44,548 nt of DNA, from contig NC_059429.1 of NCBI RefSeq assembly GCF_021028975.2, forward strand, positions 139,128,001 through 139,172,548, in the 5' to 3' direction. The number at the start of each line of letters is the position of its first letter. The stretch's first letter is position 1. Source of the DNA: Sphaerodactylus townsendi. Lineage: Eukaryota. The translations under genes and the position numbers were made by a program. Under the pieces are notes generated by a model. That model worked only from the letters and a program-made list of their open reading frames with translations, did not search any database and was not told the origin of the DNA. Shown here piece after piece: positions 10,321 to 22,000 of this stretch.

Positions 10321-13300
10321 GTCCTGCTCCCACCCCAGCCCCAGATGCCCCCAGCCCTCCAAGACCTTTGGAGCAATGCAGGAGACTGAGCTGCAAGTTA
10401 TGCAGTGCAGTGGAGATGCTGCAAGAGGGTGGCTGAAGCGTTGGCAGCCCACAGGGCTACTATAAAAGGCTCCCAGAAGACACTGCAGGGTGCGGATGCA
10501 ACAACTACAGCAGAAGCTGAGCTGGCGCCACTCCTCCAATCGAAACTGTGAAGCTTGACCTTGGACTGGACCAGATCACAGTTTGTCTGCTCGCCCTCTG
10601 GGAACCCGGCCTCTGCCTTGGACAACTCTGCCTTTCTAAACCCCCCTTGCTGCTGTTGACTGCTTCCAAGAGCCACGCAGGCTGCTGTATCCTGACACCT
10701 GCAGCTGGCAAAGCAGCCCACGACCCTTCTCTCTTCAGACAAGCGACGTCACAATTGCTAGTGCTCAGGAGGCCGTTTCCCCAGAAGCCACAACAGCCTC
10801 TCAGTCTCACGGGGAAGGAGCTTCAGTGCACTGGACCCCCATGGGGGCACCAGGCACAGCTATCAGGGCGACACAGAGCTGACTGCTGCTCGCATATGGG
10901 TGTGGCCTCCCTCCAAGGCCCTGGATGAGCTCCCTACCGGGCTCGTGCTGATGTTAGGCTGCCTAGGGAAGAAGATGGACCCCAGCACCAACACAAACAA
11001 CAGCCCTGCAGAGCCACCTTCTGGAAAGAGCAAGTGAGAGCTCAACCACCAGAGGGCGGCGACCCCCAGCTTCCCACACAGCCAACCTCCGTGGAAGGAT
11101 ACAGTGGCCAATGGTGCCTGTCAGGGCCAGTAGAACCAGCGGGGGCAACCGCCCGTCTTCACTCCCTCAGCAACAACCATCAGCCGGGATGGCCGAGGCT
11201 GTGGCACCCCAAGCGCAGGCCTGTATACGGAGGCTCCAGGCGAGGACTTTCTTCTCTGCCTGAGGATGCGTAGCCATGACCACCCACAGAGGCCGAGCAA
11301 CTAGCCCAGGAGTGGAACAGGGGCCATCAGGAGCGGGGTTGCTATTTAGGTCCCGGAGGCCCAGACAGCTTTTTCAAGAGAGGTCCTGAGCTCAGCTCCT
11401 TCAGGTGGTTGGAGTTGCACCCTCCCACAGACACCCCGGCCTGGAGCGATGCCATCAGCCCTGAAGGGAAGGATCACCCCACACCCTCTTCTACAGTTCA
11501 CCTGCTTCCGCAGGCCTCGCGCTCTGGAAGCCCACCACGTCACGAGGACTAGACCGTGTCCCAAGAGCATCCCGAGGCTGCGCCCCACCCCACCCGTGGC
11601 CTCTCAGTTACCAGGGACGTTTGTGATTTCATCCATCTAAGACGCGGCAAGAGATTCGCAGCGGGTCTGCACACTTTCTGGGCCAGCGTCTTCAGGAGCC
11701 TAGGATAGGAGCAGGCACTACTTGCAGTCCGCTGCTGCTTTTGCTTGCCCGGTGGATCGGAGTGAAGGGCTGAGAGCTCCCTTCGGAAGGAGAGAGGGCA
11801 GAGCCCCCCCACCCCCGCGCGCACACACACCAATGTCCTCACAGCCCAAGCCTTCAGCTATGTGTGCATGCCTCACGAGAGGGGCAATCCTCAACGTCCA
11901 GCAGACCCGACCACTCGGTGGCAACAGAAGGAAGCCAGGAAGAGCAGCCTTTCAGGTGCAGAATCTTCTCTGGCCACCTGTTCAGCCCACACCAGGAAGC
12001 GAAGAAACGTCTGCCCTGCTCAGCACTTGGGTGGGCGCCCACCAAGGACTCCCAGAGTCAAACCACCCCGGCCCTCCCTTGCCTTGAACGCCCCACAGGG
12101 CTGCCCCAAGTCAGCTGGGGCTGAAGGGCACTTCCTGTCACCATCACAATAGGTTTGCACAGCTGCCGCCTTCACTGGGATTCCCTGAGCCCCTCCCCAA
12201 GCCTGTGCTTTACGGCCCAATAAAACCCCTCCCGTGAAACTGTTTCCTGAGCTGCAGCTACAAAGGACCCCCACGAGGCTGCTGCTGGCCTGCTGATTTG
12301 GTAGCTCACCTGCTTAAAGGACGCAGGCGAAAAATGGCTCCTTTGAGCAGGGAAGATGGGGCACCAGCGCCACCTCCTGTCAAGAGCGAGCAATCCCATC
12401 CCACACTCAGACCACACACACACACACACACACACCACCAGTGGAGCATCCCAGTCGGCAATTGCCCCAACCCTCCACAGGCCAGCTGCTTTCCTCTCCC
12501 CCCCTCCCCCCGCCAATCGTCTGCCACCGCCAGGCCACTCATCACGGGGTGAAGCAGGAAATCCCTTTGGCCTCAGACCCGTCCTCAGCCGGAGCACCCA
12601 ACTCAAGAGGTCTGGAAAGGGCAACTAACAGGTGCCCAGAGACGACAGCTTCTCCTTCGGCAGCTCAGAAACCACCAGGGCAACACAACACAACTGGGGT
12701 GCGTTGTGTGTGTGGGGGGGGAGGGGGTGCTCAGCAGCTTTCAGAATTCCGTGCCCTTTTCTCTTTTGGCTGTCTTGCCTCTGCCCCTGGCCCCGATCCA
12801 GCGAATGCAAAATGTTCTCCGGAGGCAAAGGAAGGTCTTTGGCCAGAGAAGGGTTTCTGTGCAGTAGGACGCCTGACCCTTGATGAGTCAAGCCAAGGAC
12901 ACCGAAGGGAGAGAAAGATGCTTACAGGCTGCCCCAGACAGAAGTCTGGCATCTGCCTGGAGACCCCATCAGACTCCCTCCTGCCTGCAAAGAGGGTCTG
13001 CAGTTGGGCCCCCCGGCAGCCGAAGCACCAGGCACCATCGCAGCCCTTAGAAGGGCCACCCGGCAGCAGGACGCAGGTGCCCACTGAAGGAGGGGCCAAG
13101 AGCACAAGGGCTGTCTCGCCTACGAGAACTTGGGGCTCTTCTGCTTCCTTTGAGTTGAAAGATGCACATCCTGCCCTTCTGAAAAGCTCAGCGTGGCTTG
13201 CCACTGAACAAATGCAAAATACCTTTAAAGGAAGATATATTTTTTTTGTTCCAGCTGCTCACAGCCAGGCACTCTTTCAGATGACAAAGACAACGTGGCT

Positions 13301-13743
13301 GTCAAAAGAATGCCCTTGCCTGCCTCCGGGCGCTCCTGTGGAGTGGGCCGGCGTCATGATGCCAGCATTCTGCTCTTCGATTCTCCTTCTCACTCTTGGC
13401 AACCTGGTCAGCCTCCAGGCCATCTCCTGTGTCCAAGATCGCTTTGTGAAAGAGGGCCGTGCGCGCACCCCAAAGCAGCTCCCCTCCCACCAGCGGCACA
13501 TCAAATTCCTCCCACAAGCATGGCGGTTATTAAAGCGGATTAAAAAGGAGTGAGAAGAGACAGATCCCACAGGAGACCACCGTCCGTCCGTCTGTCCGTC
13601 CGTGGAGGACCTAAGAGGCGTGGGAGGGGAGGAAGCATCCCAGTCTAAATGGTGACACTTCACGTAAAATGCAGGAACACTCACATTTGCCACACCGCAA
13701 GGGAAAGGCACAAAAGGCAACATGGGGGGAAAAATTAAGGCAT

Positions 13744-13749
13744 TTTATT
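13744..13749 (-). terminator. Probable SLC35C2 polyadenylation signal (AATAAA), implying a 3' UTR of about 2.3 kb
   Basis: First canonical AATAAA I found on the minus strand after the stop at 16032, followed by U/GU-rich sequence. Confidence 0.55.
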
Positions 13750-15439
13750 TGGTCAACCAGAGAAGAAGACAGACAGCCCGGGGGAGGGGGGGTGAGTCTT
13801 CCCACTGCTGCTGGAATGGGACGTTGGTCGGCTCAGCCACCCTGAAAGCCCCAAATGCCCCTGCAGAACAGCAGGTGTAGATTTTTACCCCAGTTAAAAA
13901 ACTGTCATTGTGTAATATACAAAACAACCCTCAAGAGGGCGGGAAGCTGTGAGTCAGAGCACTCCCTCGCCTTTTAGACTGGTAATGAGCCCATGGATCT
14001 CTTAGCCACATGAAAGAAAGGCTCTCCTCGAGATCAACGATGGATTGAACAGCACTAACAGTGGATTAAAGAGACTCTGCAATTGGCAGCAGAAGTCAAC
14101 AGAGGGCAGCGAGAAACACCCCCACCTCTCCCCCACCCCTGGATGTGCAATGAAACAGCTGCTGTTTCATTTGCATTACTTATTCTGTGCTGTCATTGGC
14201 AGGAAGTTTTGCACAGTGTGAGATCTCTGCCCCAAAGTGTTTACAGAGTCGAAAAGGTGAAATGACAAGAGGAGACTGAATCAGGTATAAGGCAAGGGAA
14301 GAATGAGTGTCATTTGGTTGACGTTTCCCTGAGGGAGGGGGAAAAGGCAGGTGCAGCACACGGAAGTAAGAGTCGGGGCCCACCTGTGAGGTGTGCAGAC
14401 ATCGCCAGCAGCGCCAGACTGCCAAGGGGGCCAAACAGAGTTATGCAAAGCAGGTGCCTCAAGTGCAGTTTGACAGGATGTGGCAGTCCAAACCCCAACC
14501 CCCCAAAGACAGGCAGGAGGTCAACTGGGGGGGTGGGTCATAAGCAGGGGGTGAGTCCTGGGGCCAGAGCGAAATGCTCCCTGCGAGGAGAATGAAGCAG
14601 ATCATTTTAAAAGGGCCCCCAAAGAGCAGCTACAGGCAGGTGGCCCAGGCACCACGGACCATACGGCCCTCGCACAGGACACGACTCACCCTTCCCGTCT
14701 GTTTCCTGCCACGCTTTCTGTGTCCAGCATCTCAGGGCCAGGAGTTGCAGGGCAGCAAATTCAGCCCAGATGCTTGTTGTGCTTTTGCGCTGGCCGTGGC
14801 CGACTGGCAAGCAGGGTGAGCCGGGGGGGGGGGGAGGGGCAGGGGGGGTCTCAGCGGGAAACAGTTCCCTCTGGCTGCAGCCAGGCCTGGCCTTGGGGGC
14901 TCTCCCCACACCTCCGAAGCACAGGGAGGGCGTGAGGCGGCCCTGAGGGGCGGTCTGGCTGTGCAGTGGGGCCGCCAGCCTCTTTTCACTGTGCCACCAC
15001 CATGATCGTTGCCCTATCTGGCCATTCCGTGACCCTGGGAACGGAGCCCTGCACCTGGCAAGGGTCTGCTCAGCATGACATCACAAGCAAGACCCCGCCT
15101 TCCCAGAATAGGCAAGACCCAAGTAATGCCCACCAGACTTTGCAAATTCGACGCGGTCCAGTAACAGCGCCTGGGCCTTTCGTAGCCGCTCGGACCCTTC
15201 TGGGGGCAGCTCGTCGCTCGCTCGCGGGTCTTGATCCGTCCGCCCATGAGCAGCGCCCCCATCCCATCTCAGGGGTCTGCCGCCTGCTCCAAAACACTAA
15301 GTGCCGCTGGTCTGGAGCTTCAAGGCTCACGTCCAGTCTTGAGTCTCCATCACATCAACACCTCTCGTGCTTCAGGAACAGACACAAAACTGCTATTCAG
15401 CCGTTCCCTGTTGGGACTCTGAATGACAGCACCACAATG

Positions 15440-15738
15440 GAAGAAAGGTCTGGATTTATACCCCGCCATTCTCTCCCGTAAGGCGTCTCCAAGTGGCTCA
15501 CAGACTCCTTTTCCTTCCTCTCCCCACAACAGACACCTTGTGAGGCAGGTGGGGCCGAGAGAGTCCTGAGAAATCTGTAACTAGCCAAGGTAAGTCAGCA
15601 GGCTTCATGTGACAGAGCAGGAAAACAGACCCAGCTCACCAGATAAAGAGTCTGCCAGTCATGTGGAGGAGTGGGGAAACAAACCCAGCTCTCCAGATTA
15701 GAATCCATTGCTCTCAGCCCCTACACCGTGCAGGTTCT
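15440..15738 (-). mobile_element. tRNA-derived Squam3-like SINE inside the inferred SLC35C2 3' UTR
   Basis: Reverse-complement similarity to 30721-30956; degenerate A/B boxes at the 15738 end. Confidence 0.72.
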
Positions 15739-16031
15739 GCCCTACACCAGACTGGCTGCTACCCCAAGGCCGGATGGCACGCAGCCCCCCACCCCCATCT
15801 CAGAGAGGCCAGGGACAACTCGACCCATGAGGCCCCGAGCACCAGACCCCCGAGCCCGACCACCTGGAACTGCTGCTCATGGAAGAGAAAAACCCCCTCC
15901 CCAGCCCCCAGCACAGTTCCTCCAGCTCTCTCCAAGGGGAGCCAGCCCAGCAGGGCCCTTCTTGCTGCCAGCCGTCCCACCCAGCCTGGGTGTTGCCAGA
16001 GCCCTCTGGGGGAGCTCCTGGAGCCGCCTGC

Positions 16032-19000
16032 TCAGCACTGGAGGGCACACTCCGCCTCCTCTTCCTCCTGATGGTGATGCAGCAGCAGCAGCTCCAGGTC
16101 CGAGCCAGGGCCGGGCTCCTTGTGGGCCTTGGTCCCCCGTGGTCCTAGGCGGAAGGAGGGGTCAGTGGCCGTGTCGAGCGGGGCAGGCTCAGGGGCTGGG
16201 GAGCGGAGGAGACCCTTCTTCCCGCCTCACCTTTTGCCCCCAGGGTCTTCAGGGCCACGTGCAGGGAGATGCCCAGCAGGCACACGGCGAAGCCACACCA
16301 GTTCAGCAGGCTCAGACGGTCCCCCAAGAGCTGAGTGGCCAACAGCAGAACGCAGACTTCCTGGGGGCGAGGGGGCACAGAAAAGCCCACTCAGACCATG
16401 GCTCATCCTGCTGGCGCAGCGTCCTCCCTGCTGACCAGCAACTGCTCCCCCCGCCCTGCCCGGCCCCGACCAGGGGGCTTCTGGGAGCCAAGCAGGGGCC
16501 CTCCCTCCCTCCCTCTGAGCCACAGCCCCTTCCTGTCCTGCTCAAGGCAGAAGCCTGGGAGGGGCTCTGCACCCACAGCACAGACATCCAACAGGTGGTG
16601 CTCCCAGCATCCAACCTGACATCAGCCCAGCACGCTCCCGTCCCTGGCAGAGCATCACTTCACAGGAGACAGAGAGGGATGTTCTTGCAGATGAGGAAGA
16701 GTATGTATCATCCCCCCGTGGCAAAAAGGAGCCCCCCCTCCCCCCCAGCAGCCCCCTCTTCCCACGCAGGGCAGGATCCGAGGGGAAAGTCTTGCTATCA
16801 GATACCTTGAAGATCCCAGAGATGGACAAGGCAAGGCTGGACGTTCTGGACACCAGCAGGAACTCCGAGAAGCCCAGCCCGAAGGCCAGCACCCCGCCCA
16901 GGGCCAGCTTCCCCAGCAGGCACAGAAGCGCCTCGGCCTCGTGGAAACGGAACAGCTTCTCCGAGGAGGACAAGGGCAGGCCTGCAGAGGCACGGAGGGA
17001 GACGGGCCAGCAGTGCATGCCTGGGTCCCCCCACCTCACAGCCACCCCCAGCCTCCTCCACACACGAGCCCGCTCACACCCCTGGGAAGAAACATGCAGG
17101 GCAGCCACCCGGCAAAGAACCCTTCTGAAATGCTCGTTCTCGGGGCTTGGGTGAAAAGCAGGCGCGAGGGGCCCTGAGGCTGCGGAAGGGAGGGGAAAGG
17201 GCCCTCCCTCGTCCAGGCAGAAGGCGGCCCCGGGCTCCACTGTCTTCACCCAAGCCAGCCTCTCGGAAGAGAAGACCAGCCCAGCCCACCCGGACGGCAA
17301 CGCCAACCGCCACCAGGCTCATCTCCCTCCCGCTCCCCTTGTTCCCTGCAGATGTCAGCTGTTTCTAGCAAGCCTTGCTTAGGAAGCAGGGGTTTCTTGC
17401 CCCTGGTCAGCCCGCTGCCGGCCCTGACAAGGAACCGGTATTAATAGTTATTTCCTCTGCATACCACCCTCCCTCGAATGTGTTGGAAGTGAAGGACTTT
17501 ACACTGTTACGCTGTTTCCTGCCTCAACCAACAGAGGGGGTTTTTACTAGAGAGCTTGTGGCTAGATAGGGACCTCGGGATTTGACTGCGTTCAGGCCAG
17601 TCAGGAGGGAGTCTGGTCGGTCCTTTCCCCCGCTGCAAGGAATGAAATGTGCCTGCTTGGAAAAAAGATCCACCACCACCCATAACTCCCTCCCTTACAT
17701 TATGGCATTGTCTTTACATTCGCTGGCGCCGGAGCATTGAAAAAAAAATTAAGCTTCATACTCGCCCGCAGCTAAGCACTCCATTGTGTTAGGCATGCCA
17801 TATTGCTCAACACATGAACCAACCATCATGTGGAAAGAACGTGATCCTCCTCGATGCATAGACCTTGCGAATCCATATGAACGGGGAAAACTTCGCAATT
17901 GATGAAACCCAATTACCAACGATGCCTTAAATGTTTCCACTCCTAGCCCCCACAGAAATACCACACTTGCAGCATACCTGGTCCAGAGTGTTTGAGGAGC
18001 AGGAGGTGATCAATTACCCCCCCCATAGAGACATTCTCGACTGCAAAATCCTTCTGCAGCCGGGAGCCCAACCGCCCAAGGGTAGAATTCTACCGTATGA
18101 GCCTTGCTGAAGAGAAAGAGCTCCGCGGTCTTCCTAGATAAGAACCTGGCTCGCTGGTTCATACGGGCGAGCTACAAAGCACTCTCATGCAGCTCCAGTC
18201 CTTTTTGTTAAGAAAAAAGATCGGCTCCTTGCCACTTTGTACCATTGACTATCGCGGGTTTAAATGCTGTTTCAATCTCTCAAACAAGTACCCCTTTTAC
18301 CCTTAATAAAGGACCTTTTAGATGCTTTGGGTAAAGGCCGGATCTTTGACTAAACTGGACTTGAGAGAGGCTTATTATCGGTCCGGATTGGTGAGGGTTA
18401 ATGAACATCTGACAGCATTCAATACAAAGTTTGGTCAATATGAATATTTAATAATGCTATTCGATTATCTGGGGCCCTATAGGGCTTTCTATGGCCTCTT
18501 ATCAATGAGGTGTACTACAAGCACTTATCACTGGGTATAAGGGGAGTGGTGGGTGTAATTGGACGACGGTTGATCTATTCACAAAAATATTGAAGAGCAT
18601 GAAAACTGGTTCGGAGGTATTGGGCAACGCCTACTAGATAACTCTTTGTCAAATCTCGTCCAAATGCTGTTTCTATCAATACCCTCCATAGAATATTTGG
18701 GCTATCGATCTCCATCCGACGGCTTGAGATGGATCCAGCCAAAGTTGCCGCTGCGGTGCTGATTGGCCAGCTCCCACCAACAGAAGGGAATTACAGTCGC
18801 TTTCTAGGCTTTGCTAATTTCTATCATGGGATTTCATTCCTCAATTCGAACTTGAAGTTGCCCTACCACTTACAGACCTATTACGTAATTGCACTAAGGG
18901 CAAGGACTCCCAGGCCGTAAACCTGGAGCCCTTCTATGGTCCCGCTCATAATCTTCTATTTCAACAGCTCAAAATGGCTTTCTACCACCGGAAATGATTT

Positions 19001-22000
19001 TGAAAACACCCGATCCTGACCTTTCATCGCTCATGTGGATGCGTGCTTCGACAAAGCTTTGGGCTTCGCCCTCTTGCAGAAAAAAAAAAAAAATAAAAAT
19101 GACAAACTGGCGCCGCGGTGCTTACTTTATCAAAATTTTCTTGCGGTCCCCGAACTGAATTGGATACACAGTAGGGGATAAAGAGATCGGGTGTTTCATC
19201 AAAGCAGCACTAAAGCTGGCCATTGGTTGGAAGGAGCCAAAACACCCACTCCCCAGGTTTGGTCCGGATCTACAAAATCTGGTGAGCCCTTTCCACTTCA
19301 AAATGTCCGCTAAACAGTTACGCGGGCGGATTTCTTCTCCAGACTTCTCCCTTCACAGTCTATTTTTTCCCCGGTAAAAGCAACAAACTGGCTGATGCTG
19401 CCTGTCTCGCCCCCAGGAAGTGGGGTTACCTCGCTGGAAGCTATCCCACTCGCACCATTCTCACCAATTGTTTTTTGGCTGTCACATCGCCCCAGGTTCT
19501 CCTCCACCCATTTCGACACATAGCCTTCAACAGCAGTCTCGTGGAGGCGGACTCCAAGACCCGCCAGCGGAGGAATTCGACTCACAACCACGCTTTGAGG
19601 GTGGCGCTTTGGAAAGGGGTGCTGGTATCGCTCCACCTTCTATACTGAAGCAGGTTCTCGCTGACGCGGTCATGATGCTCGCAGGCAGGACACTTTGGGT
19701 TCCTAAGCAGATTTTGCATTTGCATTGCCACAGTTTTGGTACCACGCGAAAGACATTGAGACTCTTACATCAAGGGTGCCTAGTCTGTGCAGAGGCCAAA
19801 TCAATTTCTGGAAAGCCCCATGGGCTGCTGCAACCCCTCCCCGTTGCATCATCCCGCCCTGGCAGGTCATCTCTAATGGATTTCATCACAGACCTCGCCG
19901 GAAAGCCATGGTAACATCGCTTGTATGGGTGCGGTGGTGATCTTTTTTCCAAGCAGGCACATTTCTAATCTCTTTGCACTACCATTCCAACCGGCCCCAA
20001 ATTCGTTGTTTATTCAACATATCTACCGCCTACATTCCTCTCCTGACAAGGTGGTATCAGACCGCTGGCCCCAATTCATTTCCAAGTTTTGGAAAGCTGC
20101 TCCTGGAGTTGTTGGGAGTAAACTCCGGGCGGCTTCTACCAAAGTGACGATCAGTCAGAAAGGACCAACAGAACGCTTTGGAACAATATTTACGCTATAC
20201 ACCAACTATCATCAGGACAATTGGTGTGAGTTGCCCTTTGCAGAGAGTATGCCTATAATAACGCTGCACTCATAGCAGCACCAAGAAAGCCCCGCTCGAA
20301 ATCGCTCTCTGGTCGGTCCTTTTCCCCGCTGCCCCGTAGCTACTTCCACGGAGGCGCTGTAACCTCCTCAATTCTAATCAATGGACTTCCTCCTTAGCAG
20401 AGGGCTGGAAAACAGCACAGTCTCTCTCCTAAGGCAAGCCTAAGAATCGCGAAAACGAGGAGGACAAACACGCTTCAGAGTTTCCTTAATGCGTGTTGGG
20501 GCATGGGTTTACTTTATCAACCAAAAAATCTTAGAGATGCGTACAAGCACGTCCTGCAAGAAGTTCACAGGCCCCTTCGATTACAAAAGTGGGATTAACG
20601 CATGTTACCGCCTCGCTTAGAACCGCTTCCAACTCATTGCTAAATATCATTCATCCCGCTCTTTTCATTCCAGCTTGCTCAAGCGAGGCTCCTTCGCCTC
20701 CGATGCCTGGCACGGGCTCCTCCGGAGACACTCCCCAACCGGCCATAATTGATGGGCCATAAATACGTAAATCGACGCTATCCTGACTCCGCAAACGCTT
20801 GCAATATTTGGTGTCTTGGGTTGCATTCACCGCCATAATCAATGGGTTTACGCTTGAGAAACATTGACTTCCATCACCAATTGCTGCTTTTCATAAAGCC
20901 TTCCCTCATAAGCCGGAGGGAAAGGGGGCACCTTTGTGCCAGAGTGTAAAGATGCTGGTTGAGCTTCGGCTTCTTCTAATTAAGCCAACTGACAGAATTT
21001 CTTCGGCCGGGCGAGGGAGCTGTGAATCCTCCAACCGTAACCTTGTTTGCGGCCTTTATCTTAGATGTGTGAATTCAGCATTCCGCTCCATGTACGATCG
21101 TGGCGGTGGTGGGGAACGTTATAACCTGTAGTTTCGGGCGCGGGAGCAGGCAGTCTTGCCATCCCGTATGTGTGCTTTCTGAAGTGTCTGAATAAACGGA
21201 TCCTTTGAATCAATGCCTTTATTTCTGCTTCTTTCGAATTCTTTACATTTACTCCTATCATGCTGGTTCTATCCCTTTGATGTTAGACCCCTGATACTCT
21301 CAGGGGACTTCCCCACCGCTTCCTTCCAGCTTCTTCCTCGACCCACTTTTTCTCCCTTCTTACGATTTCCCTACCAAAGCTACCTAGAGAGAGTGATGGA
21401 TGCTCCCACTTGAGTCCATCTCCATCCAGCTAAGATTAGGATAGCATGAAGTGACTCTATCCTACCTACCTTTTCTATCCAAGAATGGAGTTCACTAATA
21501 AATCTCTCTTTTTATTAGATTAGAAAACTCTGACTGACTCCGACTAACATTGCAGTAAGCTTGTCCGCATTACCAGGATCCCATCGCACGCGCGCCCAAC
21601 GCTATCACGAGGAACTTAAGGTTTCTGCTGTGTTCTAGCCACCGTGCCCTTCGCCTAACTACGACATAGGATAATCTCCAACTACCAGGAGCTCTTATCC
21701 CAGCAGGTCCTGCAGAGGAATCTGGAGGCCGGAGGGTTTGGAGGCTGCTCCCCTTCTGGCAACTCCCTCGGCAGAGACACAGAGCTGCTTCTGCTACTCA
21801 TCAGAGAAGAGAATGCAGTGTGTGTGCCAGCTGCCCCTGTCCCCGACTGCAATCAAGGTCGGAGAAATAATGGGGTCTGGGAGGGCCAGCCCACCTGGAG
21901 CTCTTCCTAGGGGGGGGGGCAAAGGCTGCGGCTTGGCTTCCACCACCCAGTGTTTCTGGCAACGGGGGAGAAAAAGGGCTGGCAGGAGTCCGCCTCTGCC

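Noticed and set aside
1-13500. CDH22 exons expected from human synteny
   Set aside because: No cadherin-like peptide found in any frame.
12441-13553. 370-aa plus-strand ORF
   Set aside because: Non-ATG start, low-complexity P/S/G/A composition, crosses simple repeats and has no recognisable domain; expected by chance in GC-rich DNA.
15671-16810. 379-aa plus-strand ORF
   Set aside because: Antisense shadow of SLC35C2 exons 8-9 and UTR, starting inside a SINE.
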